From positions 434,001 through 498,000 of the forward strand of contig NW_020846747.1 of assembly GCF_003704095.1 (NCBI RefSeq): DNA of 64,000 nt, given 5' to 3'. Below are positions 1-12,900 of the stretch, one piece after another. The notes under the pieces were generated by a model. That model was given only the letters and a program-made list of their open reading frames with translations. It was not told where the DNA came from and did not search any database. Made by a program: the position numbers and the translations under genes. Each line of letters begins with the position of its first letter. Position 1 is the first letter of the stretch. This DNA comes from Pocillopora damicornis. Its lineage: Eukaryota.

Positions 1-449
1 CTTATAAGACACTCGAGATGCTTCAAGCCACTTCCGTACATGCGCAGTGCTGAGTGAGCAATCTTTCGCAGAAGGATCATTGATTGCGTGAAGTCGGCGC
101 AGATGATATTTCTGCCTCCTCGGGACAAGTAGTCTCCAACAAAGGTCACGGGTCGCCCTGAAAATTCATCTCTCCTAGCGAGCAGCGCTTCACGGGCCAG
201 ATCTATTGAGTTGATAACGACACACCGCTGACCGCCGGGCAGGTAGAGCGTATAGATCTTACCATACTCCTCAGCTAGCTCAGTCATGGCCAAGTGACCT
301 GGTTTTCCTGCTAAACGGGGCATGTTGCCAATCAGGGGATACGGCCTGGGGCCAGGAGCCAGCTTCTTGGATTTCTGCGCATGGGCGCGGTGGACAAAGA
401 AAGCGATCGTTGTCACACAAACGAAAACAAATGCGATTTCTAGAATCAT
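1..449 (-). CDS. Cytochrome P450 (clan 2, CYP17/CYP1-like), N-terminal part; runs off the window edge
   Basis: Manual translation from ATG at 449: MILEIAFVFVCVTTIAFFVHRAHAQKSKKLAPGPRPYPLIGN...YGKIYTLYLPGGQRCVVINSIDLAREALL...FSGRP...LRKIAHSALRMYGSGLK. It has a membrane anchor and proline hinge and is a close paralog of the 28803-30317 protein. A splice acceptor (TTGCAG) lies just upstream of the ATG. Not in the ORF track. Confidence 0.93.
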   Translation of the reverse strand, partial: MILEIAFVFVCVTTIAFFVHRAHAQKSKKLAPGPRPYPLIGNMPRLAGKPGHLAMTELAEEYGKIYTLYLPGGQRCVVINSIDLAREALLARRDEFSGRPVTFVGDYLSRGGRNIICADFTQSMILLRKIAHSALRMYGSGLKHLECLI

Positions 450-3258
450 CTTTCAGATTTCTGCAACAGAAGATTACAAATCGATTATTGTCAATCACAC
501 TTGTTGCTTCTTAAAAATTACTAGGTAGCTTTTAACCTGTCCAGAAAATATTTAACAAAACTTATGATATCCGCTGGGAGCAAATTTATCAGAGTTATAG
601 GCTTCTTCGGCAGATTTTCATTCATTAAACCGCTGGAAATTGGAAAGCTCAAAAAGGCGGGAATGTTAAGAGCGAAAGAGAGTCGGTATTTGGCGGCCGT
701 ATTTCTATGCAACCCCAGTCCCTCGCGCTTCACTCTCTATTTCCTGCGCATTTTTGTTGTGAAACTAAAATTATCCTTCGTTGCTCCAATGAACTGTGTA
801 ATTGTATGCATTCAATACTCGTCGCGATAATCTGTTATGATCTAACGAGAGCTTAAAATGTTTACAGCTATTAAGGTCAGAGGTGTACCATTATGAGCTA
901 AATATGAATTCCAAACTCGAATAATGTGAATTTTTTCCGTATTGGCACGCGACCTCCGTAGAGGAGTGTTATTATTGAGTTATATTTAGTAACCTCGATT
1001 AGTTATCAAAACGGCGCCTCATCCAGTCGACCTTCGAGATACTGTTTCAGAAACTGTTTATCTTTCAACATGGAAGATATCTGCTAAATATATTGACAGT
1101 GAAAACACCGTATTTGATATAACATGAATTCCTAACCTTTTTGGAGTTTATTTATAAGCCAATGCAATTCGCGGTTAGATTACATTTTAAGGCCACTTAA
1201 CCGATTATAGAACGTCAAGAAAAATTGCAACTGTCTGGAGGATGCACTAAGTATTTCTCGAGTACCACGACATTTTAATTGCCTCGTTACATTGATCTTT
1301 GGAAAATGGCAAAACAAACAAAACATCCTGGCCTTTACAAACTGGGTCATCATGAAAATCATGTCGAAACAATTGTATCCACATTCCCGAAACAATACCA
1401 ACGGACGATTTTGACGGCACACAATCCACTTAAGTTGCTATTGTTTCTTTTCTTGTCTTTCTTGGTCTTCGGACCCACTTCATTCGATTTTTATCTTTTA
1501 AGAGATCATTTTAAGGGGCTATTTATAAAGGTAAAAGCGCGTTCAAAACAAAAACACGCTGAAGAGTTCGCCGGTCATTCTGTCACGCACTGATCACGTT
1601 CTACCTGCACCACGTGGCCTCTCACCAGCCAATGGCAGACAGTATGGTGTCTATGGACGTATGGCACGATAACGGAGGAATCCGTTCGCTGATTTTTATT
1701 CCCGACCCCTGATCTGTATCGATAATAAAATCACGTGCATAGCCACGCGCTCTCGGATCAAACTACAGAGTTCACATCATCACGCCGGTATTACGTAACG
1801 TATTTCAGCTGTTACTTAACGGTACTAATCGGGTTTAGTTTGACCAAACCTAAAATTGTTCGTTTCGGTAAATCACGTTTTCCACAGCGTTGTGCTAAAC
1901 AACACAAACAATTTCATTGGTGGTTAGACGATCGACATCGATGGATTATGTCCAGTAGGTTCAAGATGCTTGATGAAAAAGGAAAAAAAAAAGTATGAAA
2001 TTTAGTTTGTTTTCAAGTACAGTCTCAATCTATCACTTTGAGCCAAACACATCAATTCAAATTTAAAAAAAAATAAAAAGGAAAAGAATATTGGAGGAGA
2101 ATTAAGGCGAATCAACAACTAAAATTAAGCCAGGACACTAAATAAACTCTGCGCGGACTGCGCAGAGTTTAAGATGCCTTTGCTTTCATCTAGCAGTATG
2201 ATGATAAGGTTTGTACGATATAGTTTGAATCTTTCTATTTCGGAAAAGATTTCGCCGCCAAAACATGTGTTAGAATATCGACGGAGCAACATACAGCAAG
2301 ATCTTAGAGATATTACAAAGCTGAAGTTTCAAGCTATATTACGAGCGCTAAAAAGTTTTTCAACTTTAACGATTTTCCGAGAATCGCATATCATTTTAAA
2401 ACTCTTATTAAATGCAATTTTCTAGTTACTCTTTCTTTTACGTCAGATTGTGTACAATAGCTGTACTTCCCTGTTTGAGAAAGCTAAGAACGAAACGAAG
2501 ATATTGAATCTACGCAATTAACTATATTTTAAACATAACACGCTTGGGAAAAGCGCAAAATTAAAGAAATGAACGCAAAATTGAACAAAATGAACGCAAT
2601 GCTGTCTATATTTCTTAATCTACTATTCGCAATTTGGAAGCTAGGTTTTTTAAGTATGTAAATAGGGAAATGTAATCATTACATTGTGTAAACACATTGA
2701 TCGAGAATTTTCGAACGGTTCTTAGCCTTGGGAGCCGACAAAATACACGGAACGTTGAGGACATGCACATGGAATTTGTAACGAATGGCTCAGATTTTTG
2801 AAAAAATAATTACAGTATTTGAAAATAAAATGCTAAGTTTAGTTCAATTGATCCGCTACCCAAGGTAAGAGGGGCGTTTACAAAGCGAAACTGAACTATA
2901 TAGGTACTACAACAAAAAAAAAACCCGCCGAAGTAAAGTTATGTTTGATTGCTCTTTTCACACGTTGGAAGTTACTTCTAATCCTTTCAAAAAGAATCAA
3001 AATTATTTTAGATAAAAGATGTAAATCCGCAAAATTCTTTGGCATACGAAGTTAAGTTTGATCAGGCGATAACTAAATTACCTGAACTCAGCCGGGTTAG
3101 GTCACAGAATTCGTCAGGACTTTTTATACGGTCACGCTAAAAGTTTGCGATAAGGTTGTCCAGCAAAGATGATGTTTGCATAAAATTTTAGCGAGCATAC
3201 CTTATTTGTTTATAGAAATCGCTGTGGCTTTTCTTCTCGTTTGCTGGATGGAATCGTT

Positions 3259-3324
3259 ACTCACTGTTCGTTCTCGTAGTGAGTGTCTGACCACAGAACA
3301 GACAAGAAAGTATCTCCTTATATA
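3259..3324 (-). promoter_or_regulatory. Candidate TATA promoter and non-coding first exon for the P450 at 1-449
   Basis: Minus strand: TATATAA (3324-3318), Inr-like TCAGA about 35 nt downstream, then donor ACA|GTGAGT at 3265/3264. A second TATAAAA (3128) with CAG|GTAATT donor (3082) lies immediately downstream. Confidence 0.5.
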
Positions 3325-6300
3325 GACGCTGTCTACGTGACAACGTATACGTTCCTAGAATGTTTACACGCGTATAATTATGGCTGTCTCGGCTGAGGAT
3401 AAAATTAGAAACTCCGATCTCCGCGTAGCGTGAAATCTCATTTTATCAAAAGAATGGCGACGTTTGATTAATTATGTCATTTAAATTTTAAACGCCCACC
3501 TGCAGGCGGATTCGAGAGTCTCTGGCAAAATCACGCTGCTGTAGCAATGCTGTAACAAAATGCGTTTCAACTCGCAAAGTAAGCAGATTGCAAAATGAAA
3601 GCATTTTTGAAAGCTCCACGTGTTGAAATCACTTGAAATCTAATCATAACATACACGGTGATGTTTGGCAACGAGTCACGTTTTTTGTTCCACTTGAAAA
3701 ATCAACGAAGGTACATCAGCATATTCTCTAGACAGCCCTGATTTATTTTAGTTTTTGTCTAAATATGTTTGTTTGATACCATGGCAATAAGTCGAGCTCT
3801 CGAAAAGCTAATATTTGCTCATATTCCCTGTATTACGTGTTAATTTGGAGAGGAGGTTTCAAAGCCGTTGCATTAAGTTGCAAAGTGAATATTTCGATGC
3901 ACGAACGCGTTCTTGCGCACGAGACATTTTGTCATAGGTGGCTGGGCCGGTTGCGGTTTATAAGAGACGTCTAATTTGTTTTGAAGTTTAGAGTACACAC
4001 CCATTAATCACTGTTTTTCTTGGATATCTGTGAACACATATTTAGTGTCTAGAATAGAAGCGAGACTGGCAAAACGCATGAGCGCAACATCCCGGGACCA
4101 AGATAGATAACCCTGCGAGATCCGTAAGGAGAGCGAAGGTCAAGTCACGCGAAGCTTGTTGTTTTCCTTCTTTTCCGCAATCCACGTGTTGGGAGGTCGG
4201 GATCACGTTTGATTCTCCCATTGCTCTACATGCATGACTGTGTAGTAGAACGTAAACAAATTACAAGCGTTGCTCAGCTCACGTAGATCAAAGAAAAGCT
4301 GTTTGCTGAGCGTTGACAAAGAAACCTCGCGTGTCTTTGTCCTAAAGGGGCATCTGTAAGCCATGCTGAGACTTTAAGCACAGCTGTCTTTATTACTGAG
4401 GCATTGGAATTTCGCTTGAAAATAGTACATTTCTTTCTTTTATATGTTATCTTTAAGTGTGAAATAACACAATACATACCGCCTTTCTACAAGCTACATA
4501 CTTTTAGACCACGATAAGTTTTAAATATTTGCATACATAGCTTTCACACGCTCACATAACGTGCTTCATAATACGGTAAGCAAAATGTAAGAAAAAGCGA
4601 TTAAATTATACTTAGCGCAAGTCGAACAAAACCTTATGACCTTTGTAGCGCATAGAACTATCCACTAACCAAATGCTGGCGTTAAAAATAGCGTGGATTT
4701 CTAGCCATTAGACATGCAATCTCAAGGTGATTACAATGGAGAGACTACTTGACTGGAATATCTTTGATGGACTGATATTGTTACAAGTTAATCAGTCTGG
4801 GTAGAACCAAAGCACGTACAGTTTATTCGAGTCATTATCTGTCCAGGGTAAGCCAAAATTATGAGGTAAACCCCATGTCCGTAACAAGGAAAACACGTCC
4901 CACAAAGCGGTTACATGAGGACGCCTAACTTTTCCTTGTTTTACTGGCATCCAAGCCTACGCACTGAATCTTAAATTACCAGCAGAGTGGTTTTCATGGA
5001 AACTTAGCCGATCCTAGAAATAACAAACTTCATGGGCTCTTAAAGTAGAGTGTTATACAATGTCTTCGTTCTAAAGTGTTTTCAATTTAAGGGCAAAACT
5101 ACTTAGTTATGCCAGTGGAATACGACCACCTTTTCCAAGTTTAGATATTGTGCGCTTAAAATGACGGCAAAGTCAGGTGTTGGGTGAAAATTCCCGGAAA
5201 AATGGCATTTGAGAAAGGGGAAAGGGTTTTTTTTGTTTATGCTTAGTACCTATTTTAGTTTGTCAAGTCGTAACAAACAGTTTTGATGAGTTCAAAGTTG
5301 AGCGCGTGCTAAAATGTCCGAATTGCGCCAAAACATACAAACGTTGGCAACAGTGTTTTCTCTCTCGTCCGTTGTTTTCTCTTAATTAATCAACTTTTAA
5401 ACCATAATAAAACCCAGTTTATAGCGTATCAAGGACTTTGAGAGAGCCATTGAAATACAGCCAAACTTGAGGTTTTTCGCTTCACATGTATAACAAGTGA
5501 AAGGCGTCAAGAGTAACCATTACGTGGCGAAACCCTGACAAGGAAGTGATAGAAGAGACAAAAAGCTACGCGAAGAAGGAATTAGTTCTTTTGACGTAGA
5601 GGTGTTATTTTTAGATAGGAAAGAGTTGAAAACGTGAGAAGGAATCATGGATCTGAACCTATTTACCCTCAGTGGAGCACTATCACGTTTTAGTCACTTT
5701 ACATGTACGTGTTTCAACAAAGTAAAAAACTAAATGACCTTGTTTCCAACCTGGCAAAAGCAAAATACAAATTGGATCATTTGAAATAGTACTTAAGACA
5801 AACTAACACAACAGGTCCAAAACTGAGAAAGGGTCAGAAAAACAACGAGATCGTTTTTCACTGTATAAATTTTTGTTTGTCAAGATTATTTTCGTGAAAA
5901 TTTTTGACATATTTCCGCGTTCGTTTCTAACCCAAGGTTAAGATTTTTCGGCTCAGCTGGGATGATTTTAGAGTACTAATAAACACGTCACGTTTAAAAA
6001 TCAAACAATTCGTAAAAAAGTCACGAAGTTGCTGAACTAACCTAGTTTTATCCCTAGGGAATGATAACTCAAATGAATTTTTCTGTGGTAACTTTCAATA
6101 AACGCAAACCTTAGAGAAGAAATTAATATTTCCACAGTTCGTGTCCTCTTTATCAACGATCAGTTGTCATGTACCTAACCTGATCATTTAGATAATTAAC
6201 TAAACTCATTTGTTACTGAAGCATCAAAAGGTCTCTTTCGTTTATTCTCTTTCAAAAATTTTTACAAAAAAACCAAACATTTGGGCCTGAAACAATATTT

Positions 6301-8599
6301 CTGAAATTAGGTCTATCAGAAAGTTTTGACCTTTCCATGTTACGTGCGTGCTTCACACAGGTACGTAATGCATGCAAATGTATATTTGGAAATTTTAGAC
6401 AGTCTGTGAAGCACGGTTCTTCACTAAAAGAAAGCACTCTTAAAAACTACCCCCGGAAAATGAAATGAAAAAGTCTTGATACGTGGCAATTTATGATTTT
6501 TAAAATGATTGCCCAGTTTAATATTGAAATCGACAAAAGCGAGCTTAGTTGTCTGAAGAATTTCTGTCTATCTTAGAAATAGATGATAATTTGAGTTATT
6601 TATCATATCGTTTCCCTTTTATCTTATTTTCATGCACGAATTTTTAGAGGTTTTTCATTTTATGTCCAGATTTTTAAGCTTAGAGACTGTTTACTTGAGA
6701 AATAAGTGAAAAGCAAATATTGTTTAGCTTAGGGTTAATGTCTGAGCATGGGTTATGTAATCTAATTCCTAGAATCTTAGAGAATTTGATACTGCCTCCA
6801 AATACTGTTAGAAGTCTTTTTCCAGAGCATTTCATTGTAGACCCTAACGACTATTGGCGATAAATACGTTCGCTTTTACAACCTAAAAGCATCAAAGGCT
6901 AGTTTATGAAGCGTTACAGGCCCGATTTTTAAAACAAACTGATGAAAAATGCATTGATCGCATTGTCAGTGTTAACAAATGTTACCTTTGACACTGGATT
7001 GCCGCAAAAGACGCACCGCCAAGAATGTATGTAAGAATGTGTGAAAGCATAATCAGTCAATCGTTAAGCATGCAAGAAGTAAGCTCTTTTCTCAGGAGAG
7101 AGCAGAAGATATATTTCGAATAATAACCACATTTAGGATTCGGGCCAAATTTTACTTCCTAGTCTAACACTATTAGTGTAAGGCGCTGATCATAACTGAC
7201 TGACTCCCAATGATTCCCCCAATATATCATATTCCTCACTGAGACAAAAAAAGTAAAACTCTGAAACAAGAATCAAACGCTATACACTTGTCTTTGATTA
7301 CTATTGGCATAAAAATCTCACGATATTTTCGCCTCTTTGGAAAACTTTAAACTTACCAAACTCATATAACTATATTTCAAGGCTCTTAAAACCCTTGATT
7401 TTTTTCTCAGTGAATAAGTGCTGGGGCATTAAATCGTTATATTCGCCTCCGAAATGAAGTTCTGTCCTTACGGGTGCACCTCGGAAAAACCTTTTAGCGA
7501 GTTCTGGGCATGACTCGACAAAACGTGTTTTCCTCTCCATAATTTTCATTATGTTATATTTAACCCTTCGTCATATACATGATATTGATCTGTGACATTT
7601 TAAATTTTTTGGGGCGTGCGCAAAGTCCAAGAAGAACAATTTTTACTATCGTCAGTCTGGTCACGTAATTCGTTTGGCTATAACACCGTGAACAAATTTT
7701 GAAAAATCAATTGCTTCAACTTTTTGAAAATTATATTTGCAATTCGCCTGAAATCTTCTCCAACCAAATTCCTTGTAAGCAAATTCTTGCTTCTTTCCTT
7801 TCCTCTTATTCTGTTCTCAAAAGTTAAAAACAATTTACCTGGCAGCGATTCAAAGTAAACTCTTCAGTGCCCTGACATGGTATATCAAATTTGGTATATT
7901 CAGATATTTTGCTGCTCCGAACGCCATTAAGCGGAAAAGTGTCTAAATCAAACCGCAAATAAATATCTACAAGCACGAAAATTAGATATATTTAAGAAAA
8001 GACGCCCACTTCAACGCAAATTATAACGTTTGAACGCGAAAGATAGTGGCAGAGTTTTTAGGAAGCACAATAATAGATTGTTAATACGTTATTTGCGGTC
8101 AGGCGTGCGTCAATGACATCAGCAGTCAGTAAGCATGGGTAACCATGTTTTACGCAGGTGGGCCTTAAGTATTCCATAATACCCAATGATAAGGATTCAA
8201 ATCAGAGCGGCGTTCTGCAAAGCATCGCACTGATGTTATTATAAACCATCTAACAAAGCTCGCTTGCACATGTGAATGGGGCAGACCGAAGAAGGCAGTC
8301 AAAATGTATCTCCTTCTCCAATTGATGGTGGTTTGTTTTGTACATTTTGAACATCTAGTCTAAGTTTTTGAGGTTTGTAACTTGCAGTCTCCGATAGTCG
8401 TATAAATTCGTTTTTCCGTCTCTTTCGAGTTGAATTGAAAGTATTTAGTCCAACTTTTGGATTGTACAAGAACTCACTCGGTATACCGTGAAGTAGCTAG
8501 CATTGTGTCACCAGAATTTTTGGTCAGTAGTTTCCCGCCACGAATGTTCTGCTGAGCTGGCAACCCAAGGCGAAATTAGCGAGAAGTATTTTAGGAGCA

Positions 8600-8760
8600 A
8601 TTTTTAGCTGAGTGTAGAAAGAAATCCGGGATAGCTTCGTTTAGCTTTACTTCGTGTCACCATCGGTCCAAAAAAATCGAGTCTATTTCTCAACCAATCA
8701 GGTGCAAAACTAAGGCCAATGGCGACTTAGTCACCCGCGTGTTCCCGCGCTTCAGGAAAT
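8600..8760. repeat. Dispersed repeat (CCAATCA-containing family)
   Basis: Reverse-complement similarity to 59515-59665; a more degenerate copy lies near 41830-42060. Confidence 0.65.
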
Positions 8761-9826
8761 TATCTTGTTTTACGTTCTTCTTTAATTTCACAATGGCTTT
8801 TTGAAATATTTCCTTTATAAGGATTGACTATTGGGATTTGTTTATCTTTTGGTTAAGATTTTACCACGGTCAATTATTATAAAGCTTTTTAATTAAACCA
8901 TGGGTTTCCCACTGCTAGCTAGTGAAAGCTCTGTAATTAAACCATGGGTTTCCCACAGCTACAACGTGAGAAAAAAGACCATAAAATCATAGTTAGATGA
9001 AATACGAAAAATCCAAACTGGTGAAACTAAATCATGAAGAAACGAGGATGCTCAAAGGTATAGGATATTGACACAGATGATGAGTCACAAAACTTGCAAA
9101 GTGGTGCCTAAATTTACGTCAAGATGCACGAAATTTCGACCCAATTTCTTGAGGCCAGAAATGAGCTTGGGACGCAGTCAAGTGTATACAGCCACGCGGT
9201 AAATCGCGAACTCATACACGGTGGTTTTCCTTTAATAATCTTTCACTTCAATTCACTGCGAGTCTACGAGTTTTGTCGCCGACATCGAAAAATCCGTGTA
9301 TTTTGTTTCTGAAGCTTAAGAAATTAATTCCTGGTAGAATGAGTTTTTCAGGAACCCTTCAACACTAGGAGTTTCCTTAGTATAATTGTAGAAAAGCCGC
9401 TTAGTTTTTCTTCGCACTTCCGTGCGAATTTTGCAATGAAATCTTCGCGCAAGAACGATTCGAACTGCTTCTCGCCAGCTAATTATTATAAGAGCTTAAA
9501 TATTTTAAGTTCTTCACTTTTTGGTTCATCATTGCCTTTTATGGTTCTCTTTTTTTCATTTATAGCTGAACCAATGTTTGTAACCTCCTTAAGTTTACTG
9601 TAACTTTGCACAGCACGGAACAGTTCGATTGAAAATTAAAGATCGTGTCTCACAAAGCTTATTTAAGCTGATTACCATACGATGAATGTACCTACAGCTA
9701 GAAAGCTTTGCTGCATTATCGTGGCTCAGGCTAAATTCCTCTTAAACAGATGCCTTAACCCCTTTGACGCATACTGTTAGCAAAGATCGCGAGGCAAAAA
9801 TTAATTAATCACTAAGATTGATTCAG

Positions 9827-9903
9827 ACTTACCTGAACTGAGTGCGCTTGATACGAAAACGTTGCAACTCTGACTGTTTTGATCAGAGATGCTCATATTT
9901 ATA
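9827..9903 (-). promoter_or_regulatory. Candidate distal TATA promoter and non-coding first exon
   Basis: Minus strand: TATAAAT (9903-9897), Inr-like TCAGA about 30 nt downstream, and a perfect donor CAG|GTAAGT at 9833/9832. Confidence 0.55.
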
Positions 9904-12900
9904 CACTCATAATGGAGATACTTATCAAAAAGCCCACTTAAAATGTAACGTTTTTAGTTTATTAGATAACGTCAGGCTTCCCAAAGGACGATGAGAAGCT
10001 ATGAGGCGATTTACGTTCGCTGAAGTTTTACCGCGATTGTTCACAAACCTCACAATACGTTTGCGGACAGGACCACCGCTATGAAGTAATTAAATGAATT
10101 GTGCTTGAATCATTATTGCATGACTACATAGCTGAGCTTGGCTTGTGATCAAAAAATTACGCAAGAGCTTTTAATTCGCCGATCACTCAGCTTCACTTGA
10201 AAACTGTGCGCCAGCTTGGCTCAATTGAAAGTTCCGGCAATAAATCAAACCGCTCCAAAACAGTTACAAATGATTGTGTTTAGACACGCGACTTGCGGCT
10301 CTTTACCATTTTAAGCGAGCGAACATGAAATTAGACACAAATGGAAATTGGGCATAATTTGCGGTTTTATTTTCTTCCATCGTATTGAGAGGGAAGTTCT
10401 TGGCGGGTGCACCTCAACTCTAAAACTTGAATCGGAACTCACGAACACGACATATTTTTGAGCAAACGAGATCATAAATCAAGACAGAATCTTCTTTCCA
10501 GTTTCCGTCAGAGAGATGATAACGTGAGAATTCCAATTTCAAGCCCCTCTTTCTGTTATTATTTTGATGTAGAACAAAGCAGTATGTATGAAAGACAAAG
10601 TAAAGTCACAACAGTTTAGATGTGTTTTTCTTTTCGAGGCTTGGCTTTTAAGACTTGGAAAGGGACAATTGCAACCCTTCAAAACCCAAGATTGCTTGAG
10701 GTAGAGACGAATTTTAATCTGGACAAAGTTAAAAGTTGGTACAGAATTTTTTAAGATAAATGACTTAATCTCAGTGTATTGTAACAATTTTAAGATGTGT
10801 GTTAGCTGCACTTATTCAATGAAGATGATTAATAGAAGAGAAAGGAAGAAGGTAAAAGCTAGAATTTTAGTTTATTTGAAATAGAGGAATCAAAGACGAG
10901 TAACACTACTAAAATTTGAGAAGCCCAAAATTTGGACTTTGTCACATTCTGTACGCACCAATGAACGCGCTCATGCTGTTGTAGATAACACTAGAAAATT
11001 ACCTTGCGGTTTTTAATTTGTTTACCACGTTCACATTGGCAACATTTATTTTCGTTGAAAACTAAAGACTACATCTGAAGATACATATGTAGAAATTTAA
11101 ACTTTTGCAGCTGGGGAATTTAAAACACACTTGATGCAAGGTGAAAACTCTTTCACTGAAAACTGACTGGGTAGACATTTAACGAGTAGCCAGAATTTAA
11201 TTGCATGTATGACGAAGCAGTATTTGTAAACGAGGCGGAAATAGCGGCAGGGGAGAATCAAACTCGATACAGATGTACGCAGAAGAACTCTGGATAAATT
11301 GAAGTGCGAAAGCTACTTACCGGAGGATAAGGAAGGGGAAGTGTTTTTTTCCGGTTTTCTTTGAGGTCTGGTGTCTTGTAATCTGTTCTCATAAGGAAAT
11401 AATAACTTGAACATCTCAACTAAAAAGTCTAGCCTTTCTTTGTCCCACTGCTAAATGTTCTTATGGATGAGAGGAAATTGCGGTTTGGGTTTATTACGTC
11501 GTCAAATATTGTATTAAGACAAAGCGTCGATTAGAGAGAGAGCCATCTTTTCAAACACAATGAAGTTGTGTTCTTTCAAACTTCAACATGAAATACCATC
11601 AGATTTGCCTGCAAGACGCATGGCAGTTATTCTGTAAGACACTTGATTTATCGAGCCACGAAAACATTTTTAGCGCCTCGATTATAAGATTATACTGTTT
11701 TTTTTAAGCTCCGTAGTGCACGTGGAGAGGCAAAGATGAATCGGATATTATACGGGGTGTTAAATGACCCCGAAGAAAATTCTTGCACGTTTGGGTGGTC
11801 TGATAAGTGTGAGTTTGTTTAAGGTATTTTCCTTATCCTTTTACCCTTAGGACCGATTTATCTTTAAAACCCTATTTATCTTGTCGCCGGTGTCATGTTT
11901 TTATAGCGGGAAACTTCCACGTGCAAAGGATTGAATTTGCTCTCGCAAGGTCATACGACTATTTATTTACCCGGCATGTCAAAGATCGCTTTGGCACGTC
12001 AAAATCGTTTCAAAGAGCGAAAACTGACTTCAAGAAACTACTTCTAATCCTCAGAGTGTTTTGGTAACCTGTTGCTAAGGCGTGGGTTGATTTCCAGAGA
12101 AGTATGATTCACGTCAATAAAATCAAAAAGCGTAGGCCAATTTCATGGCCAATTTTTATGCCGAAAACAGAAGAACTCTTGTTCATAGTGGTATTTAGAG
12201 AGTTCGTGGAAATATTTCAAAACTGCACTCCAGTTATTTGAATTGGATCACTTTCAATCGGAAAACTAATATGCAGAGGTATTTTTGGAAACGTGTGGCC
12301 ACTTTCTTTGCAATTTTGTACGTGACCCCTTAGGAAGTTGTTATCTCCAGCATGTAAACCGCATTTCTGTTATGTCTGGGTTTTTGCGGGACACTTAAAT
12401 ACTAACAGCTGGAGCGTGTAATTGTCTGCTAGACTCAAACGGACACGCTCCGCGTCTTTCATCAAAAGTGATCCGAACTAAATGTTAAAATGGTTGCGTA
12501 TGTTTTGAAAATGTTTTAATCTCGCGGGTTACAAATCTGGCGCCCATTTTGAGCTGAGCCGTGAATATTTATTTTGGCATATGTCTTGGAATGATTTTGG
12601 CTTGCTGCTGTTCATACTTAGAACGTTTGTCGCGTAATTGTGACATGTGAACTCAAAAAATAAGAAGAAAAAAAAAAGAGTTAGCGATAACAAAAATAAA
12701 CTCTCGCCAAGCCGCTAAGATCACGCTACTTCACGTGAGCTAATTAACGCATGAGTTCCTCAGTGCTTCGTTCTCACGGAAGTTGAGAATATTGCGAAAG
12801 ATTTTGCAGGTGTTTTGCCAATTTCATGAAAGCTGTCTTTGTTATATGAACAAATCGGCGCGATCTAACACTTGACTGTAAATCTCGAAGTATTTTTATC

